The notes beneath the pieces were generated by a model, which worked only from the letters and a program-made list of their open reading frames with translations, was not told the DNA's origin and ran no database searches. A stretch of DNA of 64,000 nt, from positions 3,040,001 through 3,104,000 of the forward strand of contig OZ251997.1 of assembly GCA_965247095.1 (NCBI GenBank). The letters are read 5' to 3'. Both the position numbers and the translations under genes were made by a program. This stretch comes from Candidatus Multivorans sp. Lineage in GTDB: Bacteria; Acidobacteriota; Thermoanaerobaculia; Multivoradales; Multivoraceae. Positions 1-8,721 of the stretch are shown in pieces (the stretch's first letter is position 1; every line of letters begins with the position of its first letter).

Positions 1-7
1 GATTCCG

Positions 8-727
8 TTGCACCAGGTGCCCGTGGTGCAGAAGCAGATCATTGAGAGCGGCTGGCGACACCTGCGTCCCGTGATCGTGGCAACCCAGATGCTGGAGTCG
101 ATGATCGAGCATCCGCGGCCGACCCGAGCCGAATCGTCGGACGTGGCGAACGCCGTGTTCGACGGCGCCGACGCGATGATGCTCTCCGGCGAGAGCGCCG
201 CCGGCCGCTATCCCCTGGAAGCGGTGCAGACGATGCACCGGATCATCGCCGAGTCGGAGCGTTACCAGCTCTCGAAGCACACCTCCCAGCCGGTTGGATT
301 CCACACGATGGAAGTCGGCCCCTACGACATCGAACCGCCGAACCGGTTGGGCGGGCTGGAGATCCCGGAGACGATCTCGGCCGCGGCCATCCTGTCGGCT
401 CGGCATCTGAGCGCGCAGGGAATCGTGGTCCTCAGCCAGGGCGGTTTCACGGCCCGTCAGGTCGGCTGCCGCCGGCCGTCGACGCCGGTGCTGGCCTTCA
501 CCCGCGATCCGCGGACGATGCGCGAACTCCAGCTCGTGTGGGGCGTTCAAGGTGTGCGGATGGACCAGGAGGTCTACCACCACGACGAGGTCGTCACGAT
601 GGTGGACCGGCAACTCCTCGCCGGCAGCCTGGCCCTGCCCGGCGACACGATCGTGCTGCTGATGGGTGACCCGATCCAGGATCGTCCGCCGACGAACCTG
701 GTGCGGATTCACCGCGTCCGGGCGTAG
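8..727 (+). CDS. pyk: Pyruvate kinase, C-terminal part (5' end outside window)
   Basis: PK motifs [40 protein letters not shown] and C-domain LVWGV. Confidence 0.95.
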   Translation: MHQVPVVQKQIIESGWRHLRPVIVATQMLESMIEHPRPTRAESSDVANAVFDGADAMMLSGESAAGRYPLEAVQTMHRIIAESERYQLSKHTSQPVGFHTMEVGPYDIEPPNRLGGLEIPETISAAAILSARHLSAQGIVVLSQGGFTARQVGCRRPSTPVLAFTRDPRTMRELQLVWGVQGVRMDQEVYHHDEVVTMVDRQLLAGSLALPGDTIVLLMGDPIQDRPPTNLVRIHRVRA

Positions 728-744
728 CGCTACGATCACGCGCC

Positions 745-1923
745 ATGACCGACAACGATCTTCAAATCTCAATCGAGCGGGATTACCCCTACCTCCGCGA
801 CCCGGTGCGCCGGATCTGCGAGCAGTTTCCGGGCGAGTACTGGCGGCGTCTAGATGCCGCGGCCGAGTATCCGACCGAGTTCGTGCAGGCGCTGACCGAA
901 CACGAGTACCTCGGCTGCCTGATTCCCGAGGAGTACGGCGGGTCCGGTCTGCCGCTGCGCGCCGCGTCCGTCGTCCTGGAGACGATCCACTCCTCCGGCT
1001 GCAACGCGGCCGCGTGCCACGCCCAGATGTACACGATGGGCACGATGCTCCGCCACGGCAGCGACGAGCAGAAGCAGGAGTACCTGCCGAAGATCGCCAG
1101 CGGGGAACTGCGGCTGCAGGCGTTCGGCGTCACCGAGCCGGTAACCGGTTCCGACACGACCCAGTTGCGGACCACCGCGGTCCGCGACGGCGACACCTAC
1201 GTCGTCAACGGCCAGAAGATCTGGACCAGCCGCGCGCTCCATTCCGACCTGATGGTCCTGCTCGCCCGCACCACGCCGGCGGACCAGGTCGAGAAGCGGT
1301 CGCGCGGCCTGTCCGTGTTCCTGGTCGATCTACGCGAGGCGCGCGGCAACGGTCTCGAGATCCAACCGATCGAGACGATGATCAACCACGGCACCACCCA
1401 GGTCTTCTTCGACAACTTGCGCATCCCGGTCAGCAGCCGGATCGGCGACGAGGGGCACGGTTTCAAGTACATCCTGAGCGGCATGAACGCGGAGCGCATC
1501 CTGCTCGCCTCCGAGGCGATCGGCGACGCCCGCTACTTCATTCGCCGCGCCGTGGAGTACGCGAACGAGCGCGAGGTCTTCGGCCGGCCGATCGGCCAGA
1601 ACCAGGGCATCCAATTCCCGATCGCCCGTGCCCACGCCGAGACCGACGCCGCCGAAATGATCGTCCGCAAGGCCGCCGCCCTCTACGACGCCGGCCGCGA
1701 ATGCGGCGCCGAAGCGAACAGCGCCAAGCTCCTCGCCTCCGAAGCCGCCTGGAACGCCGGCGACACCTGCTTCCAGACCTTCGGCGGCTTCGCCTTCGCC
1801 ACCGAGTACGACATCGAACGCAAGTGGCGCGAATGCCGCCTGTTCCAGACCGCCCCGATCTCGACCAACCTTGTCCTCACGTACCTCGCCCAGCACGTGC
1901 TGGGCCTGCCGCGGAGCTACTGA
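745..1923 (+). CDS. Acyl-CoA dehydrogenase family protein
   Basis: IPEEYGGSG, FGVTEPVTGSD, NGQKIWTS, REVFGRPIGQNQ, QTFGGF; 392 aa. Confidence 0.93.
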   Translation: MTDNDLQISIERDYPYLRDPVRRICEQFPGEYWRRLDAAAEYPTEFVQALTEHEYLGCLIPEEYGGSGLPLRAASVVLETIHSSGCNAAACHAQMYTMGTMLRHGSDEQKQEYLPKIASGELRLQAFGVTEPVTGSDTTQLRTTAVRDGDTYVVNGQKIWTSRALHSDLMVLLARTTPADQVEKRSRGLSVFLVDLREARGNGLEIQPIETMINHGTTQVFFDNLRIPVSSRIGDEGHGFKYILSGMNAERILLASEAIGDARYFIRRAVEYANEREVFGRPIGQNQGIQFPIARAHAETDAAEMIVRKAAALYDAGRECGAEANSAKLLASEAAWNAGDTCFQTFGGFAFATEYDIERKWRECRLFQTAPISTNLVLTYLAQHVLGLPRSY

Positions 1924-2000
1924 GCCGGGCTCGACTGCGGACCGTCGGCGGCGCGGGGCCGTCGGCTGGCGTGGCGGCGTCGAATGCACCCGCCTTCTCC

Positions 2001-2230
2001 GGGTCCGAAGGGGTAAGGTCCCAGCGGCCGCGCCATCCGTGCGCCCGATGACGGGCGCACGGACTGGTTCACGGATGGCGCGGACCGCGCCACCCGGGTT
2101 CGCACTTATCGGATGAATGGGAGGTGGGTGCTCGCTGCGGTCGGCTGCGCTCCGGTTGGTCGTCGGTTTCTGGAGGGGCCTGGGCCGTCGCTTGCCGACA
2201 GCCTCGCTGGGACCTCACCCCTTCGGACCC
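2001..2230. repeat. Intergenic element bounded by 26-bp inverted repeats with nested hairpins (MITE/REP-like or structured RNA)
   Basis: GGGTCCGAAGGGGTAAGGTCCCAGCG (2001-2026) vs CGCTGGGACCTCACCCCTTCGGACCC (2205-2230), 25/26 complementary; internal TCCGTGCGCCCG-ATGA-CGGGCGCACGGA hairpin. Confidence 0.65.
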
Positions 2231-2303
2231 TGCGCAGGCTGGAGGGCGTCGGGTAGCGAGAAGGCCCCGGTCCGGCCGGAGGTATGGCTAGTAGCGGCCC
2301 TAG

Positions 2304-4246
2304 CCCGAAGTTCTGCGGTCCGATGCGTGAAATTCCCTGTAATGACGGGGCAAACTTGGGATTTGGGAGTGTTGTCTACTGGGTACGGTTGGTCAAGGTC
2401 GGAGGTTGAGGAGGCTGAACGCCTTGGCCTGAAGGGGTGTGGGTGTGGCCAGGACGTCCACGGCGGCGTTTCCCTGGCCCTGCATTCGGACGCGATTTCG
2501 GGTCAGTGTGGAGAGGTCGTCGAGCAGTGTCTGGAAGCTGTGGACGGGTAGTCCTTCCGGTGTGCGCCTGCGGCTCGCCTTGGCGCGGGCTGCCTGGGAC
2601 CGTCGAGCCGGCTGGACGGGCGAGGAGCGTTCGTCCCTTGGGTCGTCGTCGTCGAAGAGCAAGGGAGCGAGAAGGCGTCGCATGTGCCACTCGACGTAGT
2701 AGGCGAGCATGCACAGAAAGACGTGGGCTCGCACTCTGTTGGCGAGGCGATGGTGGACGGGGCGGACCTTGAGGTCGACGCTCTTGTAGCTGCGGAAGGC
2801 GCGCTCGACGCGGCTGAGGCTCTTGTAGGCCCGGACCGCCTCCGGCGCCGGGAGGTCGGCCTCGGCCACGTTGGTGCGGATGACGTAGAAGCCGTCGAGG
2901 GCGGCCTCTTCGGCGATCTGCGCCAGCTTGCGGGAGTAGCGGAAGCCGTCTTCTTCGATCTCGGTGTCGAAGTGCTTGCCGACCTTGTGGGCGCGCAGGG
3001 CGCGGTCGGCGCGGGCGGCGATCTTGTCCTTGCCCCGCAGGGAGCGCTGTGAGCGCCTCGTCGCTTCGGCGACGGCCTCAAGCTTGCGCTCGGTGGCGTC
3101 GAGAAGCTCCTCGCGCTTGCGGCGCCGCCTGGCTGCCAGGAGCGGGTTCCGGCACACGATCAGCCGCTCTCCGGGGTACAGCTCGGGGGCGCTCACTTCG
3201 GCCATGTCCCGTTCGTCGAAGATCGACAGTTGCAGGTGGCCTTGCTGCACCAGCGTGCGGATCGCCGGCGCGCGCAGGGCGGTGATCCAGGACAGACCGC
3301 CGGGTTCGAGGTCCTCGCGGATGCGGGCGCTGGTGAGCAGGCCCCGATCGCCGACCATGATCATGCGGTCGAGCGAGAAGCGCTCCTTGAGCTTCTGCAC
3401 CTGGGCGCTCAACGTGCCGGGATCGGCGGTGTTGCCTTCGAAGACCTCGACCGCGACCGGGCATCCGTCCCGGTCGCAGAGCAGCGCGAAGACGATCTGG
3501 GGCTTGCCCGGCTTGCCGTCCTTGGAGTATCCGCGCCGGGCGAGGGCGCACTTCGCGCCCTCGAAGTAGACCGAAGTCACGTCGCACAAGACGAGGGAAC
3601 CGTCTTCGAGGTGCTGTTTGGCCAACCGTCGCTCGATGCGTTCCTGCCGCTTGAGCAGCCAGTCCATGGCGCTGTAGAGCTCGTCGGCGCCCGCCTCCTC
3701 GATTCCGACTTCCTCGCCGAGGGAGTGGGGCGAGGTCTCGCTTGAGAGTCCGCGGGCGGTGGCGAGCTTGGAGCCTGGTTCCAGGATGCGCGCGACGATC
3801 ATGGCGACCGCGAGCGTCCGCTCCCGTGAGGGTCGGCGGTCGAGCAGTGTCTGGAGGCCGCATTGTCGCGCGGCGCCGAGCGTGGCGGCGACATGACCGT
3901 GCGGCTTGGAACGCAGGATCTCGAAGGCCGAGTCCAGGGAAGGCAGTGCGACGCCGCCCTTGAGGAGAGTGCGAAGCCCCTCGACGAGATGATCGGGCCA
4001 CTTGGAGAGGTTCGCGAGCGTCCGTTTGCAGACTCTTCCGTCCTGTCGGTACGACTCGCGCAGGAGCACGGCGGGTGGCGAGTTGCGGTTGGGTACGCGT
4101 TCGATGTACATGGCTTCTATCTTAGCTCTACCATGTCTCCATGTCTACCACGATTGACTGTACGACATGGGTACATGGTGCGGCCCGGAAACCGTAAAGC
4201 CCTAGGCGCGGCAACGATCCGCGACGCTCAGGCCTCAGAACTTCGG
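2304..4246 (-). mobile_element. IS1634-family insertion sequence (ends approximate)
   Basis: Imperfect terminal IRs CCGAAGTTCTG (from 2305) and CAGAACTTCGG (4236-4246) around the transposase. Confidence 0.75.
2393..4111 (-). CDS. IS1634-family DDE transposase
   Basis: N-terminus MYIERVPNRNSPPAVLLRESYR; DDE segments LCDVTSVYFEG, MVGDRGLL, YKSLSRVERAFR; 572 aa, intact. Confidence 0.9.
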   Translation of the reverse strand: MYIERVPNRNSPPAVLLRESYRQDGRVCKRTLANLSKWPDHLVEGLRTLLKGGVALPSLDSAFEILRSKPHGHVAATLGAARQCGLQTLLDRRPSRERTLAVAMIVARILEPGSKLATARGLSSETSPHSLGEEVGIEEAGADELYSAMDWLLKRQERIERRLAKQHLEDGSLVLCDVTSVYFEGAKCALARRGYSKDGKPGKPQIVFALLCDRDGCPVAVEVFEGNTADPGTLSAQVQKLKERFSLDRMIMVGDRGLLTSARIREDLEPGGLSWITALRAPAIRTLVQQGHLQLSIFDERDMAEVSAPELYPGERLIVCRNPLLAARRRRKREELLDATERKLEAVAEATRRSQRSLRGKDKIAARADRALRAHKVGKHFDTEIEEDGFRYSRKLAQIAEEAALDGFYVIRTNVAEADLPAPEAVRAYKSLSRVERAFRSYKSVDLKVRPVHHRLANRVRAHVFLCMLAYYVEWHMRRLLAPLLFDDDDPRDERSSPVQPARRSQAARAKASRRRTPEGLPVHSFQTLLDDLSTLTRNRVRMQGQGNAAVDVLATPTPLQAKAFSLLNLRP

Positions 4247-4428
4247 CCTAAGGGACGTAAGCGCTGGGCTGGTCCTTTGGTTGCTGACGAGCTGGGTGGG
4301 GAACGGCCGATTGGGTGGAGGCATGGCTCGGAAACTGAGCCACCCAACGCTCGGAAAGTGATCCACCCTCGGCCCTGACACCGGTAGCTTGGTCTTGTTC
4401 AGTAGACCAACGCGATCGGAGGAAGGAC

Positions 4429-5870
4429 TTGCTGAGGATGGATCAGGTTCATGTTATTCGGCACCAGGTGCTGGTGGAGGGTCGGAGCCAGCGCTCGGTG
4501 GCTCGGGAGCACGGTGTGAGCCGCAACACGGTGCGCAAGTACCTGGATCAGAGCGAGCCGCGGCGGGTGGAGAGCAGGCCGCGGCGGCGGCTGGTGACGG
4601 AGCGTGTGGCTCCTCGTCTGGAGGAGTTGCTGAGGACGTGGTCTCGCCGGACGACGGCGAAGCAGCGTCTGACGGCGACGCGTCTGCATCGCCAGTTGCT
4701 GGAGGATGGCTACGAGGTCGGGATCACGACGATTCGCAGCTACGTTCGGGAGTGGAAGCGTCAGCGCCAGGAGACGTTCATTCCGCTGGTGCACCGTGCC
4801 GGCGAGTGCGGCCAGGTGGACTTCTTCGAGGTGACGGTGGAGGAGGACGGTGTGGCGCACCGGGTGTGGAAGTTCCTGCTGCACCTGCCGTACTCAGGCC
4901 GTTCGTTCGTGTGGCTGTACGACCGCTGCGACCAGGTGGCGTTCCTCGACGGCCACGTGCGGGCGTTCGCGCACTTCGGCGGCGTGCCGCTGCGTCTGGT
5001 CTACGACAATCTGAGTGCGGCGGTGCGTCGGCGGGTGGGCGGCGAGCGTCAGTTGACGGCTCGATTCCAAGCGCTGGTGAGCCACTACCTGTTCGAGCCT
5101 TGCTTCGCCCGCCCCGGCGAGGGGCACGACAAGGGCAGCGTGGAGTCGCGCGGCAAGGGAATCCGTCTGGCGCACATGAGTCCGGTGCCTCAAGGCCGCA
5201 CCCTGGAGGAGATCGCACGGGCGTGCTGGCTTCGGTCGACGCGGCACACAGTCAGCGCGCCCGGTGGCAGGAGGAGCAGGCAGCTCTGCGCGAGCTGCCG
5301 CCGACCGCGTTCGAGGCAAGGAAGCTCAGGATCGTGCGGGTGTCGCGCCAGGCGACGGTGCAGTTGGGCGGCGCGATCTACTCGGTTCCCTCGCGGTGGA
5401 AGAGCCTCCAGGTCCATGCCCGCGTCGGTACGGGCGACATCGTCTTCACCTGTCGCGACGCGGAGTACCGCTGCGCTCTGGTGCGGCCGGGACAGCGCCT
5501 GGTGCGCTACGCGCACTACTTCGAGGAGCTGTCCCGGAAGCCTCAGGCGGTGCGACAGGTGGCTCCGGAGCTGCTCGCGGAGCTTGGCCCGGCCTATCGC
5601 AAGCTATGGAGAATGCTGGAGTTGCGGCACGGCGCGCTGGAGACGGCGCGGCTCTTCGCCAAGCTGTTGAGCGTGGTCACAGACCACGGCAGCGAGGAGG
5701 TAGCCGCCGCACTCGAGGAGGCCCTGACCGCCGGTCGCTTCGACCTTCTGGGACTCGCCCTGCGGAGTCCCGCCTCCAAGATCGAGGTGCCGGAGCCGCT
5801 CCGCCGCCACGACATCGAGAGCGCTCGCGCCGCCGACTTCGACGTGCTGCTTCAGGAGGCGGCATCGTGA
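4429..5870 (+). pseudogene. istA: IstA transposase with a 1-bp frameshift near 5223 (real lesion or sequencing error)
   Basis: Frame 4429 gives HTH, GQVDF, VYDNL, DKGSVE up to EIAR; IstA-like sequence resumes in the 4389 frame (VLASVD...YSVPSRW...DFDVLL). Confidence 0.85.
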
Positions 5871-6619
5871 GCCGGGCGGCACGCAGAGCCGTCATCGCCG
5901 AGGGCCTCAAGATGCTCAAGATGCCTTCCGTGCTGCGCGACTACGAGCAGCGGGCGCGTCAGGCCCAGGACGCACAGTGGGACTACGAGGACTACCTGTG
6001 GCAACTGCTCGAGACCGAGATTCGGGACCGTGAGGCCCGCACCGTCGAGCGCCGGCTGCGCGCGGCCCGCTTCCCCGACCACAAGACCCTCGAGCAGATC
6101 GACTTCCAGGCGCTACAGGGAGTGTCCAAACCGAAGCTGCGCGAGCTGGCCTCCTGCGACTACATCGACCGCGGCGACGACGTCGTCCTCGTCGGACCCA
6201 TCGGCACCGGCAAGACGCATCTCGCGATCGCACTCGGCATCGAGGCCGCGAAGCGCCGCCGCCGGGTCTGGTTCCGCAAGGCCTCCGACCTCGTCCGCGA
6301 CCTGATCGAAGCCCGCGATCAGCGGGAGTTGGGGCGCCTGCAGCAGTGGCTACAGCGGGTGGATCTACTGATCTGCGACGAGCTCGGCTTCGTGCCATTC
6401 GACCGCGCCGGCGGCGAGTTGCTCTTCAACGTCTTCGCCGACCGTTACGAGCGCCGCTCGACCATCGTCACCTCCAACCTCGCCTTCTCCGAATGGGTCC
6501 GCGTATTCGGCGACGAAAAGCTCACCACGGCTCTGCTCGACCGCCTCTCCCACCACGCCCACATCCTCGCCACCAAGGGCTCCTCCTATCGGACTCGGCT
6601 GCGGAGAAGCCCTTCGTGA
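5867..6619 (+). CDS. istB: IstB AAA+ ATPase helper
   Basis: GTG overlaps istA stop; Walker A GPIGTGKTHLA, Walker B LLICDELG, TSNL, ALLDRL. Confidence 0.93.
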   Translation: MSRAARRAVIAEGLKMLKMPSVLRDYEQRARQAQDAQWDYEDYLWQLLETEIRDREARTVERRLRAARFPDHKTLEQIDFQALQGVSKPKLRELASCDYIDRGDDVVLVGPIGTGKTHLAIALGIEAAKRRRRVWFRKASDLVRDLIEARDQRELGRLQQWLQRVDLLICDELGFVPFDRAGGELLFNVFADRYERRSTIVTSNLAFSEWVRVFGDEKLTTALLDRLSHHAHILATKGSSYRTRLRRSPS

Positions 6620-7162
6620 ATCCGGATCGCACGACGCGCAACCGGACCGCCGCGGCGCCGCCGCTGAGAGCACCGCAACGGCCGCCGGCTGCGGAAGCTG
6701 CCGGCGCCGCGGAAAACGGCAGACCGTTTCCCGCACCGCCTTGGAAAACCGGCAGACCGGTTTCCCACAGCTACCGCAGCCGCTACGGCTACTGACTCAA
6801 GGGGACCGACGAGAGAAGACTCGCGTACACTCAACACGGCCGACGTGGCTCACTTTCCAAACGGTGGGTGGCTCACTTTCCGAGCGTTGCCAACAATTGG
6901 GAGCCAACGAGCCGTTCGTGAGGCCTCGAAAAGGCACCCCACCGTAGGTCTTGGGTCACGTGAGTGGCCGTATGTCCGAGAGTCGAACCTCCTCCAACTT
7001 CTTGTCTGGATCATACTCTCTTTCCGCGACGCGGAGAATGATCCTCTTGATCGTCTCTGTGAGAAACTGGGTTTCGCTGCTCGTGAGTTCCCAACGTACT
7101 CCTGCCGCCTTCCGGGCGTAGGTGCCACCCGCCTTCGACAACGACATCGGATGGTTTTCAGT

Positions 7163-8438
7163 CAGTGCTGTCCCACAAACTTCAGGCGAGCGCAAGTTGC
7201 GTTTGCGAGTTGGCCGTGTCCGGCGGTCCGTGAGTGGATTGGAAGAGCCCCAGGAGCGGTCTTCGCGCGAACAGGTTGAGTTGCAGGAGGCGCAGGATTT
7301 CGCTCATGGTCCAGGACATCTTGTTGGCGAACTTCAGGTAGGCGAGCAGGAGATGCACGCACATCGCGATCCAGATCTGGGTCATGACGGCATTGCGCGA
7401 AGTGCCGACGAAGCTCTTGATGCGCAGGTTCTGCTTGATCCACTTGAAGAAGGTCTCGATCTGCCAACGCTGCTTGTAGATGTTCGCGATGGTCTTCGGG
7501 ACGAGCTTGAAGTTGTTGGTCAGGAACGCGTAGAACTTCTTCGTGTCGGGGTCGCGATAGCCGACTCGACGCAGCGGAATCGGACACCGAGTGCGGCCTC
7601 TGACGCTGGTCAACTCGATGGTCTGGTCCGACGTCACGCCCGATCCAGGCGCGAACGACCGCCGCTCTCGAACCGCGTACTTGATCTTGCGCTTCAGCCG
7701 AGTGACCAGGAAAACCCCTTGTGCATCAAGGGATTTCAGCCACTCGAAGTCGAGGTACAGCCGGTCCGCAGCGACGATGCTTCCCTTCGGCAGACGAAGG
7801 GACCGCGCCACCTCAACGTCCGACCCCTTGCCGTCCGTGACTTGCAGGAACGCCGGCAGAAAGCCCTCGTGGTCCAGCCCCACGTGGAGCTTCAACGCCC
7901 CCTTCGTCTTGCGGTACTGCGCCCACGGAAACAGCTCCAGGCACAGGTCTACGTACGTGGCATCGAGCGAGAACAGCTTGTTGCGGAACCGGAACCCGTG
8001 CCCAGGCGCCGTCTTCCGGCATCGAGCCAGCAAACGACCGAACAACGCCTCGTAGAGACCGGAGGGCTGCTTCTCGTTCACCCGAGCCAGCGACGTTCGG
8101 GCCACCCGCCGAGCGCCGAGGTGATAGAGCTTCTCAGCCTGCGCGTCGAGATTCGACACGATGTCGCGAAGGCTGCATCGTCCCGAGAGCTGCGCCGTCG
8201 CCATCGCCACGAACTGGCTCCACCGGCTCATCGAACGCAGCTTGCGTCCCCTGTGGTGCCGCACGGCCTCCCGCTCGAACTCATGTCTCGACACCAACTT
8301 GAGGAACTGTCCGAGTACGGTACCATTGTGCGCCATGGGTCTGGATCTCCTTGCCGGCATTGGCGTTGTTGTGAAAACCAATCATACGACAAGGCTCGGT
8401 CCAGACCCATATTCATCCATGTTTGTGGGACAGCACTG
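7163..8438 (-). mobile_element. IS4-family insertion sequence, perfect 18-bp IRs, 9-bp target duplication
   Basis: CAGTGCTGTCCCACAAAC (7163-7180) and its reverse complement (8421-8438); GTTTTCAGT at 7154-7162 and 8439-8447. Confidence 0.93.
7182..8336 (-). CDS. IS4-family transposase (DUF4372-like N-terminus)
   Basis: SLDAT, ADRLY and YREK-type signature YKQRWQIETFFKWIKQNL; C-terminal QLAL resembles a clamp-binding motif. Confidence 0.9.
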   Translation of the reverse strand: MAHNGTVLGQFLKLVSRHEFEREAVRHHRGRKLRSMSRWSQFVAMATAQLSGRCSLRDIVSNLDAQAEKLYHLGARRVARTSLARVNEKQPSGLYEALFGRLLARCRKTAPGHGFRFRNKLFSLDATYVDLCLELFPWAQYRKTKGALKLHVGLDHEGFLPAFLQVTDGKGSDVEVARSLRLPKGSIVAADRLYLDFEWLKSLDAQGVFLVTRLKRKIKYAVRERRSFAPGSGVTSDQTIELTSVRGRTRCPIPLRRVGYRDPDTKKFYAFLTNNFKLVPKTIANIYKQRWQIETFFKWIKQNLRIKSFVGTSRNAVMTQIWIAMCVHLLLAYLKFANKMSWTMSEILRLLQLNLFARRPLLGLFQSTHGPPDTANSQTQLALA

Positions 8439-8721
8439 GTTTTCAGTACTTTGCGAGCGATCCCATACTTGTTCACGGCGGCTTGTTGAAGATTGCCGTG
8501 TTGCGTCAACTCTCCGGGTCGACCATGTACTCAAGGAACGTGGCGCCGAAGTACGCCATGCTGGTCAGAGGCTCCTTGCCCTTGCGATAGCCGAGAAATC
8601 GTTCGAGGACCTCGCACGCGAATGGGCTGTGCAGGATCGAAGTCACGATCGGAAGCGCGGACGTGCCGACAACTCCTCGGGTCGCGGTTCCCGTCAGATA
8701 GCCGGGCGGGATAAGCGGCCG

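Larger units (their letters stand above)
4316..6895 (+). mobile_element. IS21-family insertion sequence with 6-bp target duplication
   Basis: TG...CA ends with repeated GCTCGGAAAnTGAnCCACC boxes at both ends; ATTGGG at 4310-4315 and 6896-6901. Confidence 0.9.
6956..8721 (-). pseudogene. Remnant of an unknown protein, split by the IS4 element and two frameshifts
   Basis: After removing IS4 and one TSD copy, three protein-like blocks follow in order: ERFLGYRKGKEPLTSMAYFGATFLE / AAVNKYGIARKVLKT / SLSKAGGTYARKA...LSDIRPLT*. Confidence 0.5.

Noticed and set aside
666-2051. Long alternative-frame and antisense ORFs (e.g. 666-2051, 12845-14410, 21895-24600, 48997-51291)
   Set aside because: Arg/Pro/Gly-rich shadows of real genes, expected in high-GC DNA; no recognisable motifs.
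5215-5230. Programmed frameshift in istA
   Set aside because: No slippery run at the site, and it is mid-gene rather than at the istA/istB junction; a single-base loss is simpler.
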